64,000 nucleotides of DNA from Hydrogenobacter sp. Lineage in GTDB: Bacteria; Aquificota; Aquificia; Aquificales; Aquificaceae. Below are positions 19,009-29,532 of the stretch, one piece after another. Below the pieces are notes generated by a model. It saw only the letters and a program-made list of their open reading frames with translations. It did not search any database and was not told the origin of the DNA. The translations under genes and the position numbers were made by a program. Position 1 is the stretch's first letter. The number at the start of each line of letters is the position of its first letter. Where the stretch lies: the NCBI GenBank assembly GCA_041287335.1, contig JBEULM010000047.1, positions 23,445 through 87,444 of the forward strand. The letters are read 5' to 3'.

Positions 19009-21462
19009 ATGGAAAAAGTGATAGTTTTGGAAGAAGGAGCCGATCTTGATGCGCTGTCTTCGGCTTACGGATTACTCCTTATTTATCCAGAAAGTAAACT
19101 TCTCAAACCGAGGTGGCTTTCAAGAAAGGCGAGCGAGGTTTTCAAGGACTTTATGCACCTTTTTAGGTTAACGCAAGATCCTCCTCAGGAGTTTGAGCTT
19201 ATACTTACGGATACGCAAAATTACCAAATATACCTGGAAGAGTTCAAAGACAGGGTAAAAGATGTGATTATTTATGACCACCACCCGACCCGCATAGATG
19301 GTGTAAAAGGGAAGTTAGAGCAAGTAGGGAGCGCAACGACCCTTGTGGTTGAAGAGCTAATGGCTAAAGATATGGATATTTCTCCGGAGTCTGCGACGCT
19401 TCTCAGCTTTGGAATATACGAAGACACTGGCTTTTTAAGTTACGAGGGTACAACTGCGAGGGATGCCAGGGCTCTCGCTTGGTTACTTGAAAAGGGTGTA
19501 AACCTCAGGCTTGTTCGTAAATATCTTTCCGATACGCTCAGTAAGGAGCAGATAGATATTCTCTCCAAGCACTTACAATCTATAGAATCCCTTTTTCTCA
19601 ACGGTAAAAAGGTTATTATAGCCTCGGTCAAATCGGAAGAATATCAACCTGACGTACTGCGTATCCTGTATGAACTCAAGGAAGTTAAAGAAGCTTCTGC
19701 ACTCTTCGTTATAGTATCGGCTGGTCATAAAACTTATGTTTTCGGAAGGAGCATAAAGGAAGAGTTTGATGTAAGTAAGGTACTTGAATATATAGGTGGT
19801 GGTGGACATGCCTTTGCGAGCGCTACCAAATTGGAAGGTGTGGATGCGGAAAGGATCAAATCCATATTAACATCCCTGCTTGAAGGTAAAAAGGTGATGC
19901 TGAAGGTAAAAGATGTGATGACGTCTCCAGCTTTCGTATTGCATCAGGGTACGCTCATATCAGATGCCATACTTGAACTTTCTCAGAGAAACTTTGCTGG
20001 CGCTCCGGTCGTGGATGATACTGGCAAGCTCGTGGGCATAGTTTATAAGAAAAATCTGTTGAGAGCGGTAAAACATTATCCTGACAAGCCTGTAAAAGAC
20101 TTTATGGTAGAAGAGTTTCACACACTGACACCCGAAGATTTTATATGGAAGGCTGAAGAGATACTTTCCCGATACGGAGAGAAGCTCATACCTGTGGTTG
20201 ACAAAGATAGGCTTGTTGGGGTAGTAACGAGGCTTGATCTCCTTTACAGTATGAGACAGCAAACGGAAAGGTTAAAAGCATACGAGCGAAAGGTGGAACT
20301 TCCCTTTAAGGTGGCGCAGATAAGTAGAGAAGTAGGTCTTATAGCGGGAACCTTCGGATTTAAAGCGTATCTGGTGGGTGGTGCGGTAAGGGATATACTC
20401 TTAAAAAAAGATGTTTGGGATGTTGATTTTGTAATTGAAGGAGACGCTATCAAAGTGGCTCAAGTGTTAGCACAAAAGTACGGACTTACCTTTCATCCTT
20501 TCCCTGAGTTCGGTACAGCTCACATAAAATTGAAAGATTTAAAGCTTGAGTTTGCGACTACAAGAAGGGAAACCTATCCCCACCCTGGTGCGTACCCTTT
20601 AGTAGAGTATGCATCCCTTAGAGAAGATCTTTTGCGCAGAGATTTTACCATAAACGCCATGGCTATATCCGTAAACTCAGAGGATTTTGGCACTCTTATA
20701 GATTACTTTGGGGGTTTGAAGGACCTCAAGGACAGGCTCATAAGGGTTCTTCACCCCCTGAGTTTTGTAGAAGATCCCGTAAGAATTCTCAGAGCTTTAC
20801 GATTTGCAGGAAGACTCGGATTTAAGCTTTCAAAGAGCACAGAAAGATTGCTTAAAAACGCTGTTCTTTTGGGACTCATATCTTCAGCTCCAAAAGGTAG
20901 GATAATGAACGAGGTCAGGTTAGCCTTGAGGGAAGAGAGAATACTTGAGATACTTGAGCTTTACAGAAAGTACGGAGTACTGGAGCAAGTATTTAAGGGG
21001 ATAAAGTGGTCTTCAAAGCTTGAAGAAAGGCTTATGAATCTGCGAAATGTGATCGCATGGCATAAAATACAATTCCCTAAAGAAGTTATAGATTACGGAT
21101 GGGTTTATCTTCTTGTCTTACTTAAGGATACGGATGTGCAAGAAGGTAGAGCCTTTTTGACGGAAATAAGTGCGCCAGCGTGGGTCAGGGAAACTTACGA
21201 ACAAATAAAAATGCACTATAAAGATGTGACGAAAAAACTTTTTACTGCAAGGAAGAATTCGGAAATATACCTTTCCCTAAAGGATAAACCATTGCCTTTC
21301 ATACTGCTTCTCATGACTGAAGATAGCTTAAAAGAGAAGGTCAAACTGTACCTTGAGAAGCTGAGATCTGTAAAGGTTGATGTAGAAAAATTCAAAGGAT
21401 TAACAGGAAGGAATCTCGGAGAAGCTATAGAAAAGGAGAAAATGAGAGTAATGGATGAATAA
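19009..21462 (+). CDS. DHH-CBS-nucleotidyltransferase fusion, probable A-adding tRNA nucleotidyltransferase
   Basis: DHH motif, GGGHAFA (DHHA1), CBS pair, VGGAVRD-DVD, DLLRRDFTINAMA, EDPVRILRA. Confidence 0.88.
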   Translation: MEKVIVLEEGADLDALSSAYGLLLIYPESKLLKPRWLSRKASEVFKDFMHLFRLTQDPPQEFELILTDTQNYQIYLEEFKDRVKDVIIYDHHPTRIDGVKGKLEQVGSATTLVVEELMAKDMDISPESATLLSFGIYEDTGFLSYEGTTARDARALAWLLEKGVNLRLVRKYLSDTLSKEQIDILSKHLQSIESLFLNGKKVIIASVKSEEYQPDVLRILYELKEVKEASALFVIVSAGHKTYVFGRSIKEEFDVSKVLEYIGGGGHAFASATKLEGVDAERIKSILTSLLEGKKVMLKVKDVMTSPAFVLHQGTLISDAILELSQRNFAGAPVVDDTGKLVGIVYKKNLLRAVKHYPDKPVKDFMVEEFHTLTPEDFIWKAEEILSRYGEKLIPVVDKDRLVGVVTRLDLLYSMRQQTERLKAYERKVELPFKVAQISREVGLIAGTFGFKAYLVGGAVRDILLKKDVWDVDFVIEGDAIKVAQVLAQKYGLTFHPFPEFGTAHIKLKDLKLEFATTRRETYPHPGAYPLVEYASLREDLLRRDFTINAMAISVNSEDFGTLIDYFGGLKDLKDRLIRVLHPLSFVEDPVRILRALRFAGRLGFKLSKSTERLLKNAVLLGLISSAPKGRIMNEVRLALREERILEILELYRKYGVLEQVFKGIKWSSKLEERLMNLRNVIAWHKIQFPKEVIDYGWVYLLVLLKDTDVQEGRAFLTEISAPAWVRETYEQIKMHYKDVTKKLFTARKNSEIYLSLKDKPLPFILLLMTEDSLKEKVKLYLEKLRSVKVDVEKFKGLTGRNLGEAIEKEKMRVMDE

Positions 21463-21501
21463 GATAGGTAAGGCTTACCAGTGTTATATTTTAATACTAC
21501 T

Positions 21502-22362
21502 ATGGAATATTTAGGTTTACTCTTAAGTACCTTTTATGATTACAGCGTTGATATATTACCTTACTACCTACTTGCCACACTTATTACCTCCCTGATCCAA
21601 ACATACGCAAAACTCAGTTGGCTGAAGAATTTTATAACGAAAAGGAAAATTGCCCCATTTTTAACCGCATCTTTTGGTGGTTTTCTGCCTTTGTGCTCGT
21701 GTTCTATGATACCTATCGCACATCTCATAAATAGCCTATCTAAGAGCTACTCTAGTGTGATAGCCTTCTTGATAGTTGCACCGGTAGTTTCACCTATTAC
21801 GGTTATCCTGACTTATGGCTTTTTTGGTCTTAAAGCGGCTGTGCTGAGAACCTTTGGTACACTTGCCTTTGCTATTGCGGTAGCCTACACTGTAGACGCA
21901 CTATTCAAAAAGGGAGGGAGCATACCTCTATTGGCAGATTTCAAGCGAGAAAACACGGAAAGAAAAACGGTTATACTTTTCAAATCCCTTAAATACCATA
22001 TCCTTTTTACAGGAAGATACATACTGATTGGTATAGTTATAGCTTCACTCATTAAAACATTCGTGCCAACTAAAGCGGTAAGCTACATTGCTGGCAGTCC
22101 CCTTTCCTATCCTCTCATATCTCTCGTATCCATACCCATATACGTGTGTTCAGGTGAAGATGTTCTTATAGCTAAGGCTCTAACACAGGTGGGTTTTACT
22201 TACGGTAATGCCTTTACCTTCATGCTTGCAAGTAGCGGTATATGCCTACCTACCATATTTGCGGTCAAGAGCTTCCTACCCTTAAGGGTGGTTTTGGTGT
22301 ACACAGTTTCATGGTTTTTTCTCTCAACTTTACTGGGTTTTATGCTTGATGTATTATTTTAG
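21502..22362 (+). CDS. DUF318/ArsP-like permease
   Basis: GFLPLCSCSMIP, IPIYVCSGED; multiple hydrophobic helices; ATG 21502 preferred. Confidence 0.75.
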   Translation: MEYLGLLLSTFYDYSVDILPYYLLATLITSLIQTYAKLSWLKNFITKRKIAPFLTASFGGFLPLCSCSMIPIAHLINSLSKSYSSVIAFLIVAPVVSPITVILTYGFFGLKAAVLRTFGTLAFAIAVAYTVDALFKKGGSIPLLADFKRENTERKTVILFKSLKYHILFTGRYILIGIVIASLIKTFVPTKAVSYIAGSPLSYPLISLVSIPIYVCSGEDVLIAKALTQVGFTYGNAFTFMLASSGICLPTIFAVKSFLPLRVVLVYTVSWFFLSTLLGFMLDVLF

Positions 22363-22389
22363 TGATATACTTATAAACAGGAGGGAAAA

Positions 22390-22743
22390 ATGGATAAGTA
22401 CATGCAGGTGCTTCAAGAACTTATAAAGAATACGGGATTAGAAGGAGCATCCCTTGTGTCTGCGGATGGGCTTCCCATATCTTCGGTATTAAAACCCGGT
22501 CTTGAGGAGGATAGAATAGCTGCTATGAGCGCTGCTATACTTTCCTTAGGTGAAAGAGTATCCGAAGAACTTGCAAAGGGAGGGCTTGAGCAAATAACCA
22601 TAAAGGGGGATAACGGGTATGTCATACTGACAGGTGTGGGTCAGGATGCAGTAATGGTGGTACTTGCAGACAACAACGCCAAGCTGGGTCTCCTGCTCAT
22701 GGAGATAAAAAAGGCTCAGGAAAAGTTGAAGGCACTTATTTAA
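22390..22743 (+). CDS. Roadblock/LC7 (MglB-like) protein
   Basis: GASLVSADGLPI, DRIAAMSAAILSLGER, GELEQ-like ITIKGDNG, LGLLL. Confidence 0.88.
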   Translation: MDKYMQVLQELIKNTGLEGASLVSADGLPISSVLKPGLEEDRIAAMSAAILSLGERVSEELAKGGLEQITIKGDNGYVILTGVGQDAVMVVLADNNAKLGLLLMEIKKAQEKLKALI

Positions 22744-22753
22744 AAGGAGAGTT

Positions 22754-23446
22754 ATGGCACTAACGGGGGACTTAAGCACCTTTAGCTTTGTAGATATATT
22801 TCAAATACTCGCAAAAGATAAAAGAAGCGGTATACTGCTTGTTGAGTGGCAAGACATGACAGTGGCATATTATGTGAAGGATGGGGAGATAGTTTTTGCA
22901 AGACCAGTTGACAGGGTTTTCAGGGTTTATGCGGATAGAGATTTTGATAATCTGATAGACAAGCTTAGGATATCAAGGGAGAATCTTCCAAAAACTGTGG
23001 AGAGGTTCCTGATTACAAAGCTCGGTAGTAAGGAAGGCATTTTTTCCTTTACGCCTGGCTTTATAAGGTACAATTCGGATATGCCTGTTCATTATCCCAT
23101 AGAGAAGCTTATAATGATAGCATCAAGAATGCTGACACCTGAAGAGGTGGAGAGAAAAATATCGGATGAATTCCTAACTTTTGAGAGATCCCAGGATTAT
23201 GTGGAGAAGGTAAGGAAAGCTGAGCTTACGAGGGACGAGGAGAGGATCCTCATGCTTGTTGACGGTGAAAGAAGCGTCATGGATATAAGACGCGAATCTG
23301 GGCTTGATAATCTGAGCGTAGATAGAACGCTGTATGGACTTTTGGCACTCAGCGCAATAAAGAGGAAGAAGAGGGAGAAAAGACATAAGCCTTCCATAAC
23401 TTTAGAACTCCTTGCAAGGATCATAGAGAGGATAAAGGAGTTGTGA
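22754..23446 (+). CDS. DUF4388 (PatA-N) domain protein with C-terminal winged-helix-like region
   Basis: MALTGDLSTFSFVDIFQILAKDKRSGIL...YYVKDGEIVFA; LVDGERSVMDI. Confidence 0.75.
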   Translation: MALTGDLSTFSFVDIFQILAKDKRSGILLVEWQDMTVAYYVKDGEIVFARPVDRVFRVYADRDFDNLIDKLRISRENLPKTVERFLITKLGSKEGIFSFTPGFIRYNSDMPVHYPIEKLIMIASRMLTPEEVERKISDEFLTFERSQDYVEKVRKAELTRDEERILMLVDGERSVMDIRRESGLDNLSVDRTLYGLLALSAIKRKKREKRHKPSITLELLARIIERIKEL

Positions 23447-23994
23447 TGAAGCCCATAAAGAAGATAAAAATAGTGGTTGCTGGTCCTTTCGCAGCTGGAA
23501 AAACACAGTTTATAAACACAGTCAGCGAGATAAAGACAGTAAAAACGGAAAGAAAAACCAGGGCTTTGGGAGAGAGGAACGTAAAGGATTACACCACTGT
23601 CGCTATGGATTTTGGGAAGATAAGGATAGATGACGAACACGAACTTTACCTTTTTGGTACACCTGGACAGTCAAGATTTGATTTTATGTGGGACATACTC
23701 GGCGAGGGTGCCTTAGGGATAATTCTTCTCGTTGACAGTACAGATCCTTCCACTTTTCATGAGGCTAGGCGGATCATAAACTTCTTTCAGTCAAGGTTTC
23801 CAGTACCTATGGTGGTAGGTGCTAACAAACAGGATCTTCCCAATGCGTGGAGACCTGAAGATGTAAGAACTGCACTTGATATAGATGAAGATGAAGGTAT
23901 CCCTGTTCTTCCCGTTTCGGCGATTGATAAAGAGAGTGTAAAAAACACTTTACTTACACTCTTGAACATAATAAAGGAAGAACTTCTCAGTTAA
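23443..23994 (+). CDS. MglA-like small GTPase
   Basis: G1 GPFAAGKT, TTVAMDFG, G3 GTPGQ, G4 NKQD, G5 SA. Confidence 0.88.
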   Translation: MMKPIKKIKIVVAGPFAAGKTQFINTVSEIKTVKTERKTRALGERNVKDYTTVAMDFGKIRIDDEHELYLFGTPGQSRFDFMWDILGEGALGIILLVDSTDPSTFHEARRIINFFQSRFPVPMVVGANKQDLPNAWRPEDVRTALDIDEDEGIPVLPVSAIDKESVKNTLLTLLNIIKEELLS

Positions 23995-25013
23995 GGAAAG
24001 AGTGCGAGAGTTTCTATACCGGTACTTTCCTCAAACCCCAGCATTAGGTTCATATTTTGGACAGCCTGAGAGGATGCCCCTTTCCCGAGATTATCAATGA
24101 CGCTTACTATAACAGCTATCTGTGTTCTCTCATCGTAATAAGGATAAAGCAAGCACATGTTAGTCCCTATAACATATTTTGTAGTAGGAGGATCTTTTAC
24201 AACCTTTACAAATCTCTCCTCTTTGTAAGTTTCCCAAAATAGTTCCTCTACATGCTTTTCCTCAGTATGCAGATAAATGGTGGCGAGCATACCTCGTGAT
24301 GTTGGAACTACCTTTGGAGTAAACCTCACTTTTACGTGCTTGCCAGATATTCTCTTTATGATATCCTCCATTTCGGGAGTATGCCTGTGTTTGTGTACAG
24401 AGTAAGCTATTATGCTCTGTTCCATTTCAGGGTAGTGAAAGTGTTGTGTGGTTTTTCTGCCTGCTCCTGATACACCAGAAATAGCATCAACTATGACTTT
24501 ATCAAAGCTTACGCCTTCTTTGAGGAAAGGATATAGCCCAAGGAGTACTGCTGTTGGATAGCAACCCGGATTTGCAACGAACCTCCCCCTTTTTATGATC
24601 TCTCTGAATATCTCGGGAAGACCATATACCGCATGCTGTAAAAGTTCCCTATGCGTGTGTTCAAAGCCGTAAAACTCAGGGTAAAGATTGGGATCGCTTA
24701 TCCTGTAAGCTCCCGAAAGGTCTACGACGAGCTTACCCTTTTCAAGAAGTGAAGGTGCGGTGCTTAATGATACGTCGTGAGGAAGACACAGAAAAGCTAA
24801 GTCAAAGTCTTCCTGCGGTTCCTCTGTCAGCATCAGCTTAGATAGGTAAAAATGGGAAAAGTACGGCAGGAGATCAGATATGTATCTTCCTGCGTAAGTT
24901 TTTGATACAGCGCTTACCACCCTTACGTGAGGATGATTGGTAAGATAGCGCAGAAGCTCAATACCTGTATAGCCTGTAGCACCATATACGCATACCTTTA
25001 ACGTTTGCTCCAT
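23991..25013 (-). CDS. argC: N-acetyl-gamma-glutamyl-phosphate reductase
   Basis: GATGYTG, ANPGCYPTA, SGVSGAGR, DNLGKGASSQA. Confidence 0.96.
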   Translation of the reverse strand: MEQTLKVCVYGATGYTGIELLRYLTNHPHVRVVSAVSKTYAGRYISDLLPYFSHFYLSKLMLTEEPQEDFDLAFLCLPHDVSLSTAPSLLEKGKLVVDLSGAYRISDPNLYPEFYGFEHTHRELLQHAVYGLPEIFREIIKRGRFVANPGCYPTAVLLGLYPFLKEGVSFDKVIVDAISGVSGAGRKTTQHFHYPEMEQSIIAYSVHKHRHTPEMEDIIKRISGKHVKVRFTPKVVPTSRGMLATIYLHTEEKHVEELFWETYKEERFVKVVKDPPTTKYVIGTNMCLLYPYYDERTQIAVIVSVIDNLGKGASSQAVQNMNLMLGFEESTGIETLALFP

Positions 25014-25438
25014 CTGTAGCCTTTTCTTGCTTTCATAAGTCCGTACTTCTTTCTTTCCTTTTCCCTTGAATCCCTTTTGAGCAGTCCGGCCTTTTTGAGG
25101 GTCTGTCTTAGATCCGGGTTATATTTGAGTAGAGCTTTCGCAACACCGTACATGATGGCTTCAGCCTGTCCGGATATGCCTCCTCCCTCCACCGTAGCGT
25201 AAATGCCGAACTTACCATCAAGTCCCGCCAGCTTTATAGGATAAAGTACCTTACTGAAAAGACTGTCGCGCTGTAGATAATCCTTCATAGGAAATTCCTT
25301 ACAACTGTCCTTTGCCTTGATCACCATTTTATCGGTGTTTCTCAAAAGCCACACTCTCGCTATGCTTTCCTTTCTCCTGCCTGTGCCATAATACGCATTG
25401 TCAAAGCCTATACGAAAGTCTTTCAGTTTGGTTATCAT
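24998..25438 (-). CDS. rpsI: 30S ribosomal protein S9
   Basis: [27 protein letters not shown]...SKR. Confidence 0.96.
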   Translation of the reverse strand: MITKLKDFRIGFDNAYYGTGRRKESIARVWLLRNTDKMVIKAKDSCKEFPMKDYLQRDSLFSKVLYPIKLAGLDGKFGIYATVEGGGISGQAEAIMYGVAKALLKYNPDLRQTLKKAGLLKRDSREKERKKYGLMKARKGYRWSKR

Positions 25439-25869
25439 GCTTTTACCTCCAGAAGTTGAGTCTTTTGCGCTTGATGAGGATGCTCTGAGCCTGCATAAAC
25501 TTTTAATCTCTTTAGCATCCTGTGTCCAAGTTTGTTTTTGGGAAGCATCCTCTTGACGGCAAGCGTTATAACTTCTTCAGGTTTATTCTCTAACATCCAC
25601 CCGAGTGACCGCTCCTTTATACCACCCGGATAGTTAGTGTGAAAGGCGTAAATCTTCTGCTTAGGTTTTTTACCTGTGACTTTTATCTTTCCTGCGTTTA
25701 ATACAACCACGAAATCTCCGCAATCTACATCAGGTTGGTAATAAGGTTTGTGCTTTCCCATTAGTATCTTAGCTATGTGTGAGGCAAGTCTTCCCAAGGT
25801 TTTCCCTTGAGCATCTACCACCCACCAAGTTCTCTCTACATTCTCAGGTTTTACCCTGTATGTCTTCAT
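25435..25869 (-). CDS. rplM: 50S ribosomal protein L13
   Basis: [33 protein letters not shown]. Confidence 0.97.
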   Translation of the reverse strand: MKTYRVKPENVERTWWVVDAQGKTLGRLASHIAKILMGKHKPYYQPDVDCGDFVVVLNAGKIKVTGKKPKQKIYAFHTNYPGGIKERSLGWMLENKPEEVITLAVKRMLPKNKLGHRMLKRLKVYAGSEHPHQAQKTQLLEVKA

Positions 25870-25944
25870 CTCTCGGCTCCTTTTAACTTATTTGGGAATG
25901 TTATATTATAACCTTATCTTGGTAAAAAGGCAACAAAAAAATCC

Positions 25945-25973
25945 ATTTGACATAGCGGTTTACCTGCTCTAAG
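25945..25973 (+). promoter_or_regulatory. Putative sigma70 promoter of the rhodanese-like gene
   Basis: TTGACA, 17 nt, TAAGTT; followed by AAGGAGGT SD (boundaries approximate). Confidence 0.45.
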
Positions 25974-25998
25974 TTTCTCCTTATAAGGAGGTGTTAAA

Positions 25999-26319
25999 AT
26001 GATGGAGCCAGAAAGAATAAGTCCAGATCTTGCGCGCAAGAAGGTACTTTCTGGAGAAGCGTTACTCGTGTGTGCATACAGTGACGAGAGATGCAGGAGT
26101 CTAAAGCTTGAAGGGGCTATATTCCTGAGCCAGCTTGAAGCCCAACCATCGTTAGCACAAGGTAAAGAGATCATCTTTTACTGTGCGTGACCTCATGAAG
26201 CGACTTCTGCCCGTGTGGCAGCAACATATTTAGAGAGGGGTTACGAAAAGGTTAAGGTATTAAGTGGCGGTGTAGAAGGCTGGAAAAGAGCAGGCTATCC
26301 CTTAGAAACTTCCACTTGA
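25999..26319 (+). CDS. Rhodanese-like protein with in-frame TGA at codon 64 (probable selenoprotein), 106 aa
   Basis: Frame stays open for 42 codons past TGA 26188-26190: EIIFYCA-U-PHEATSARVAATYLERGYEKVKVLSGGVEGWKRAGYP, completing the rhodanese C-terminal signature. Confidence 0.8.
26202..26225 (+). promoter_or_regulatory. SECIS-like hairpin
   Basis: CTGCC-CGTGT-GGCAG (26207-26221) with G-containing loop starting 21 nt after the UGA. Confidence 0.5.
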
Positions 26320-26372
26320 ACCTTTTGTGTGTTAAACTTATACAGATTTAGCTTTTAAGAAGGAGGCAATGA

Positions 26373-27662
26373 ATGAAAGTTTCTGTAAAAGAGAGAGAAG
26401 GGCTTTTTAAAGAGCTGAGCGTTGAAGTGGAAGGTGATATAGTCAAGTCTGCCCTTGAGGAAGTTTATAAACATTTAAAAGAGAGTGTAAGTATAGAGGG
26501 CTTTAGGAAAGGCGCTGTACCACTATGGATAATAAAAGCAAGGTACAGGGATCACATTCAAGAAGAGGTGGGAAAGATAATAGCCAACGAAACGCTCCGA
26601 TCAGCTATAGAAGAGAGCAAACTAAAACCAGTAGCGGATATATTCTTGGAGGAGGTAAAACTTGAGGAGTCAATACCTAAACTAACATACAGGGTTGCCT
26701 TTGAAACACCCCCAGAGTTTGAACTCAAAGATCTGGAAGGTATAGAGGTGGAAGTTAGAAAAGTGGAGTTTGATGAAGAACTAGTTAAAAAAAGGATAGA
26801 ACAGCTAAGAGAAGAGCATGCAATCTGGCAACCTACAGACAGAGAGATAAAAGATGGGGATCTCGTATCGGTTGAATACAACATAGAGCAAATAGGTAGT
26901 GGAGAAAGTACACATGGGGAAACCTCAGGAATAGTTGGGCAGAGAATGTTCAGAGAGGAGATAGATACCGCTCTCGTGAGCAAGAGAGAGGGGGATGAGC
27001 TTATCTTTGAAGAGCTTACCCTTTACGATACTGAAGGAAAGGAAGCGGGCAAGGCGAGGGTAAAGCTATTTATAAAGAGCGTAAAAGAAAAAGTGCTTCC
27101 TGAGGTAAGCGACGACTTTGCAAAAGAGTTAGGTCTGGGTCAAACTTGGCAGGAAGCTGAAGAAAAAATAAGACAAGAGGTCAAAGAGGGTATAGAGCGT
27201 ATGAAGAGGGCTATGATCGAGGAAGCTGTAGCTAAGAAGCTCGTTGAGATGTTTGATTTCAATATTCCCCAAACTCTCTTATCGCGTGAGATCTCCCATC
27301 TTGTAGAAAGGAGAGTACAGGAACTTTCTCAGTACGGTATAGATACAAGATACCTCAACTATAAAGCTATGGCTGAAGAGTTTACACCGCAGGCTGTGTT
27401 TAACGTAAAACTGAGGTATATCCTCGAAAAATATGCTAAAGAAAAAGGTTTGCAGGTTAGTGAAGGAGATCTGGAAAAGAAGTACGAAGATCTTGCACGT
27501 CAGTATGGAAGGAGCGTTGAAGAGATGAAGAATTACTTTAGGCAAGAAAATATTGAAAGCGTACTTCTTGAAGACATACTAAGGGAAAAAGCGTTCAGTG
27601 ATATAATAAGTAAAGCTGTTATAAAGGAAAGAGAGGAGAAGAGCGATGAAGGAAATAATTGA
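26373..27662 (+). CDS. tig: Trigger factor
   Basis: IEGFRKG ribosome-binding loop, FKBP-like domain; upstream of clpP. Confidence 0.94.
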   Translation: MKVSVKEREGLFKELSVEVEGDIVKSALEEVYKHLKESVSIEGFRKGAVPLWIIKARYRDHIQEEVGKIIANETLRSAIEESKLKPVADIFLEEVKLEESIPKLTYRVAFETPPEFELKDLEGIEVEVRKVEFDEELVKKRIEQLREEHAIWQPTDREIKDGDLVSVEYNIEQIGSGESTHGETSGIVGQRMFREEIDTALVSKREGDELIFEELTLYDTEGKEAGKARVKLFIKSVKEKVLPEVSDDFAKELGLGQTWQEAEEKIRQEVKEGIERMKRAMIEEAVAKKLVEMFDFNIPQTLLSREISHLVERRVQELSQYGIDTRYLNYKAMAEEFTPQAVFNVKLRYILEKYAKEKGLQVSEGDLEKKYEDLARQYGRSVEEMKNYFRQENIESVLLEDILREKAFSDIISKAVIKEREEKSDEGNN

Positions 27663-28245
27663 TCAACTCGTCCCCATAGTTATAGAGCAAACGCCAAGGG
27701 GTGAAAGAGCTTACGACATATACTCAAGACTCCTTCAAGATAGAATAGTTCTTTTAGGTTATCCCATAGATGATCACATAGCCAATCTCATAGTGGCTCA
27801 ACTACTCTTTTTGGAAGCCCAAGATCCTGAGAAAGACATATACATGTACATAAACTCTCCCGGTGGTTCGGTTACCGCAGGCATGGCAATATACGATACT
27901 ATGCAGTACATAAAACCTGATATAGTAACTATATGCATAGGACAGGCGGCATCTATGGGAGCGGTGCTTCTCGCTGCTGGTTCTCCGGGCAAAAGGTACG
28001 CTTTACCGCACTCGCGCATAATGATACATCAACCTATAGGAGGCATAACAGGGCAGGCAACGGACATCATAATACATGCAGAGGAAATAAAGAGAATAAA
28101 GCACATGCTTAACGAGATACTTTCAAAACATACGGGACAACCACTTGAACGCATAGAAAGGGATGTAGAAAGGGATTACTTCATGTCAGCTCAAGAGGCG
28201 AGAGAGTATGGACTTGTAGACAGGGTAATTGAAAAAAGGCAGTGA
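27646..28245 (+). CDS. clpP: ATP-dependent Clp protease proteolytic subunit
   Basis: DIYSRLL, YINSPGG, QAASMG, MIHQP. Confidence 0.98.
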   Translation: MKEIIDQLVPIVIEQTPRGERAYDIYSRLLQDRIVLLGYPIDDHIANLIVAQLLFLEAQDPEKDIYMYINSPGGSVTAGMAIYDTMQYIKPDIVTICIGQAASMGAVLLAAGSPGKRYALPHSRIMIHQPIGGITGQATDIIIHAEEIKRIKHMLNEILSKHTGQPLERIERDVERDYFMSAQEAREYGLVDRVIEKRQ

Positions 28246-28278
28246 TGGAAATATATTTTTTAGGAGAAATCAGGTAGC

Positions 28279-29514
28279 ATGAAGACATATGCAAAAAACC
28301 GCTGTTCCTTTTGTGGAAGATCACAGGACGAGGTCTTAGTTCTCATAGCTGGACCTAACGACACCTTTATATGTGACAGATGCGTAGAGGCATGCAGTTC
28401 TGTTATAAAAGAGCAGAAAAAACAACAGACATATCGTGGACTCACAAGTATACCAACACCTGAGCAGATAAAGAAATTTCTTGATGATTACGTGATAGGT
28501 CAGGAAAAAGCAAAAAAGATACTTTCTGTAGCTGTTTACAATCACTACAAAAGGGTAAAGGCAAAAGAGTTGGGTACGGGATTTGGAGACGTTGAAGTGG
28601 AAAAGAGTAACATACTTCTCATAGGTCCAACAGGTTCTGGTAAAACGCTCCTTGCCAAGACTTTAGCCAAACTCTTGAATGTACCCTTCGCCATAGCTGA
28701 TGCTACGAGTCTTACAGAAGCGGGTTATGTAGGTGAAGATGTGGAGAATGTTCTCACCAGGCTATTGCAAAATTGTGGATACGATGTTAAGCTTGCTCAA
28801 ATAGGTATAGTATACATAGACGAGATAGACAAGATAGCCAAAAAATCGGGCATAAACCCATCCATAACCAGAGATGTATCTGGTGAAGGAGTACAACAGG
28901 CACTTTTGAAAATTATGGAGGGAACAGTCGCCAACGTTCCACCGCAAGGTGGAAGAAAACATCCCCATCAAGAATTTATACAGGTTGATACCACCGACAT
29001 TCTCTTTATATGCGGAGGTGCTTTTGTAGGTCTTGAAGATATAATAAAGCGGAGGCTTGGGAAATCAAGTATAGGCTTTGAATCCCAGGTGAAGGGAGTT
29101 TTTAAAGAAAAGAACGTACTTGATTTTGTGGAGCCTGACGACCTTATACATTTCGGTCTCATCCCCGAGTTTATAGGAAGATTGCCTGTTATTGCTGTAC
29201 TTGAAGAACTTGATGAGGATGATCTCGTGAGAATACTAACAGAACCCAAAAACTCACTCATAAAGCAGTACAAGAAACTTTTTGAAATGGATGGTGTGGA
29301 TCTTGAGTTCACAGATGAAGCTATCAGAGAAATAGCCAAAGAAAGCATTAAGAGAAAAACAGGTGCCAGAGGTTTGAGAGCTATAATGGAAGAGATCATG
29401 ACGGAGGTGATGTTTGAAATTCCGTCTATGAAAGGAGTGAAGAAAGTAGTTGTAGACGAAAAGGTGGTAAAAAACAAAGTAAAACCCAGATATGTTTACA
29501 AGGAAGCTGTATAA
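28279..29514 (+). CDS. clpX: Clp protease ATP-binding subunit
   Basis: CSFC...CDRC zinc finger, [30 protein letters not shown]. Confidence 0.98.
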   Translation: MKTYAKNRCSFCGRSQDEVLVLIAGPNDTFICDRCVEACSSVIKEQKKQQTYRGLTSIPTPEQIKKFLDDYVIGQEKAKKILSVAVYNHYKRVKAKELGTGFGDVEVEKSNILLIGPTGSGKTLLAKTLAKLLNVPFAIADATSLTEAGYVGEDVENVLTRLLQNCGYDVKLAQIGIVYIDEIDKIAKKSGINPSITRDVSGEGVQQALLKIMEGTVANVPPQGGRKHPHQEFIQVDTTDILFICGGAFVGLEDIIKRRLGKSSIGFESQVKGVFKEKNVLDFVEPDDLIHFGLIPEFIGRLPVIAVLEELDEDDLVRILTEPKNSLIKQYKKLFEMDGVDLEFTDEAIREIAKESIKRKTGARGLRAIMEEIMTEVMFEIPSMKGVKKVVVDEKVVKNKVKPRYVYKEAV

Positions 29515-29532
29515 TAAAAAAAGGAGGATAAT

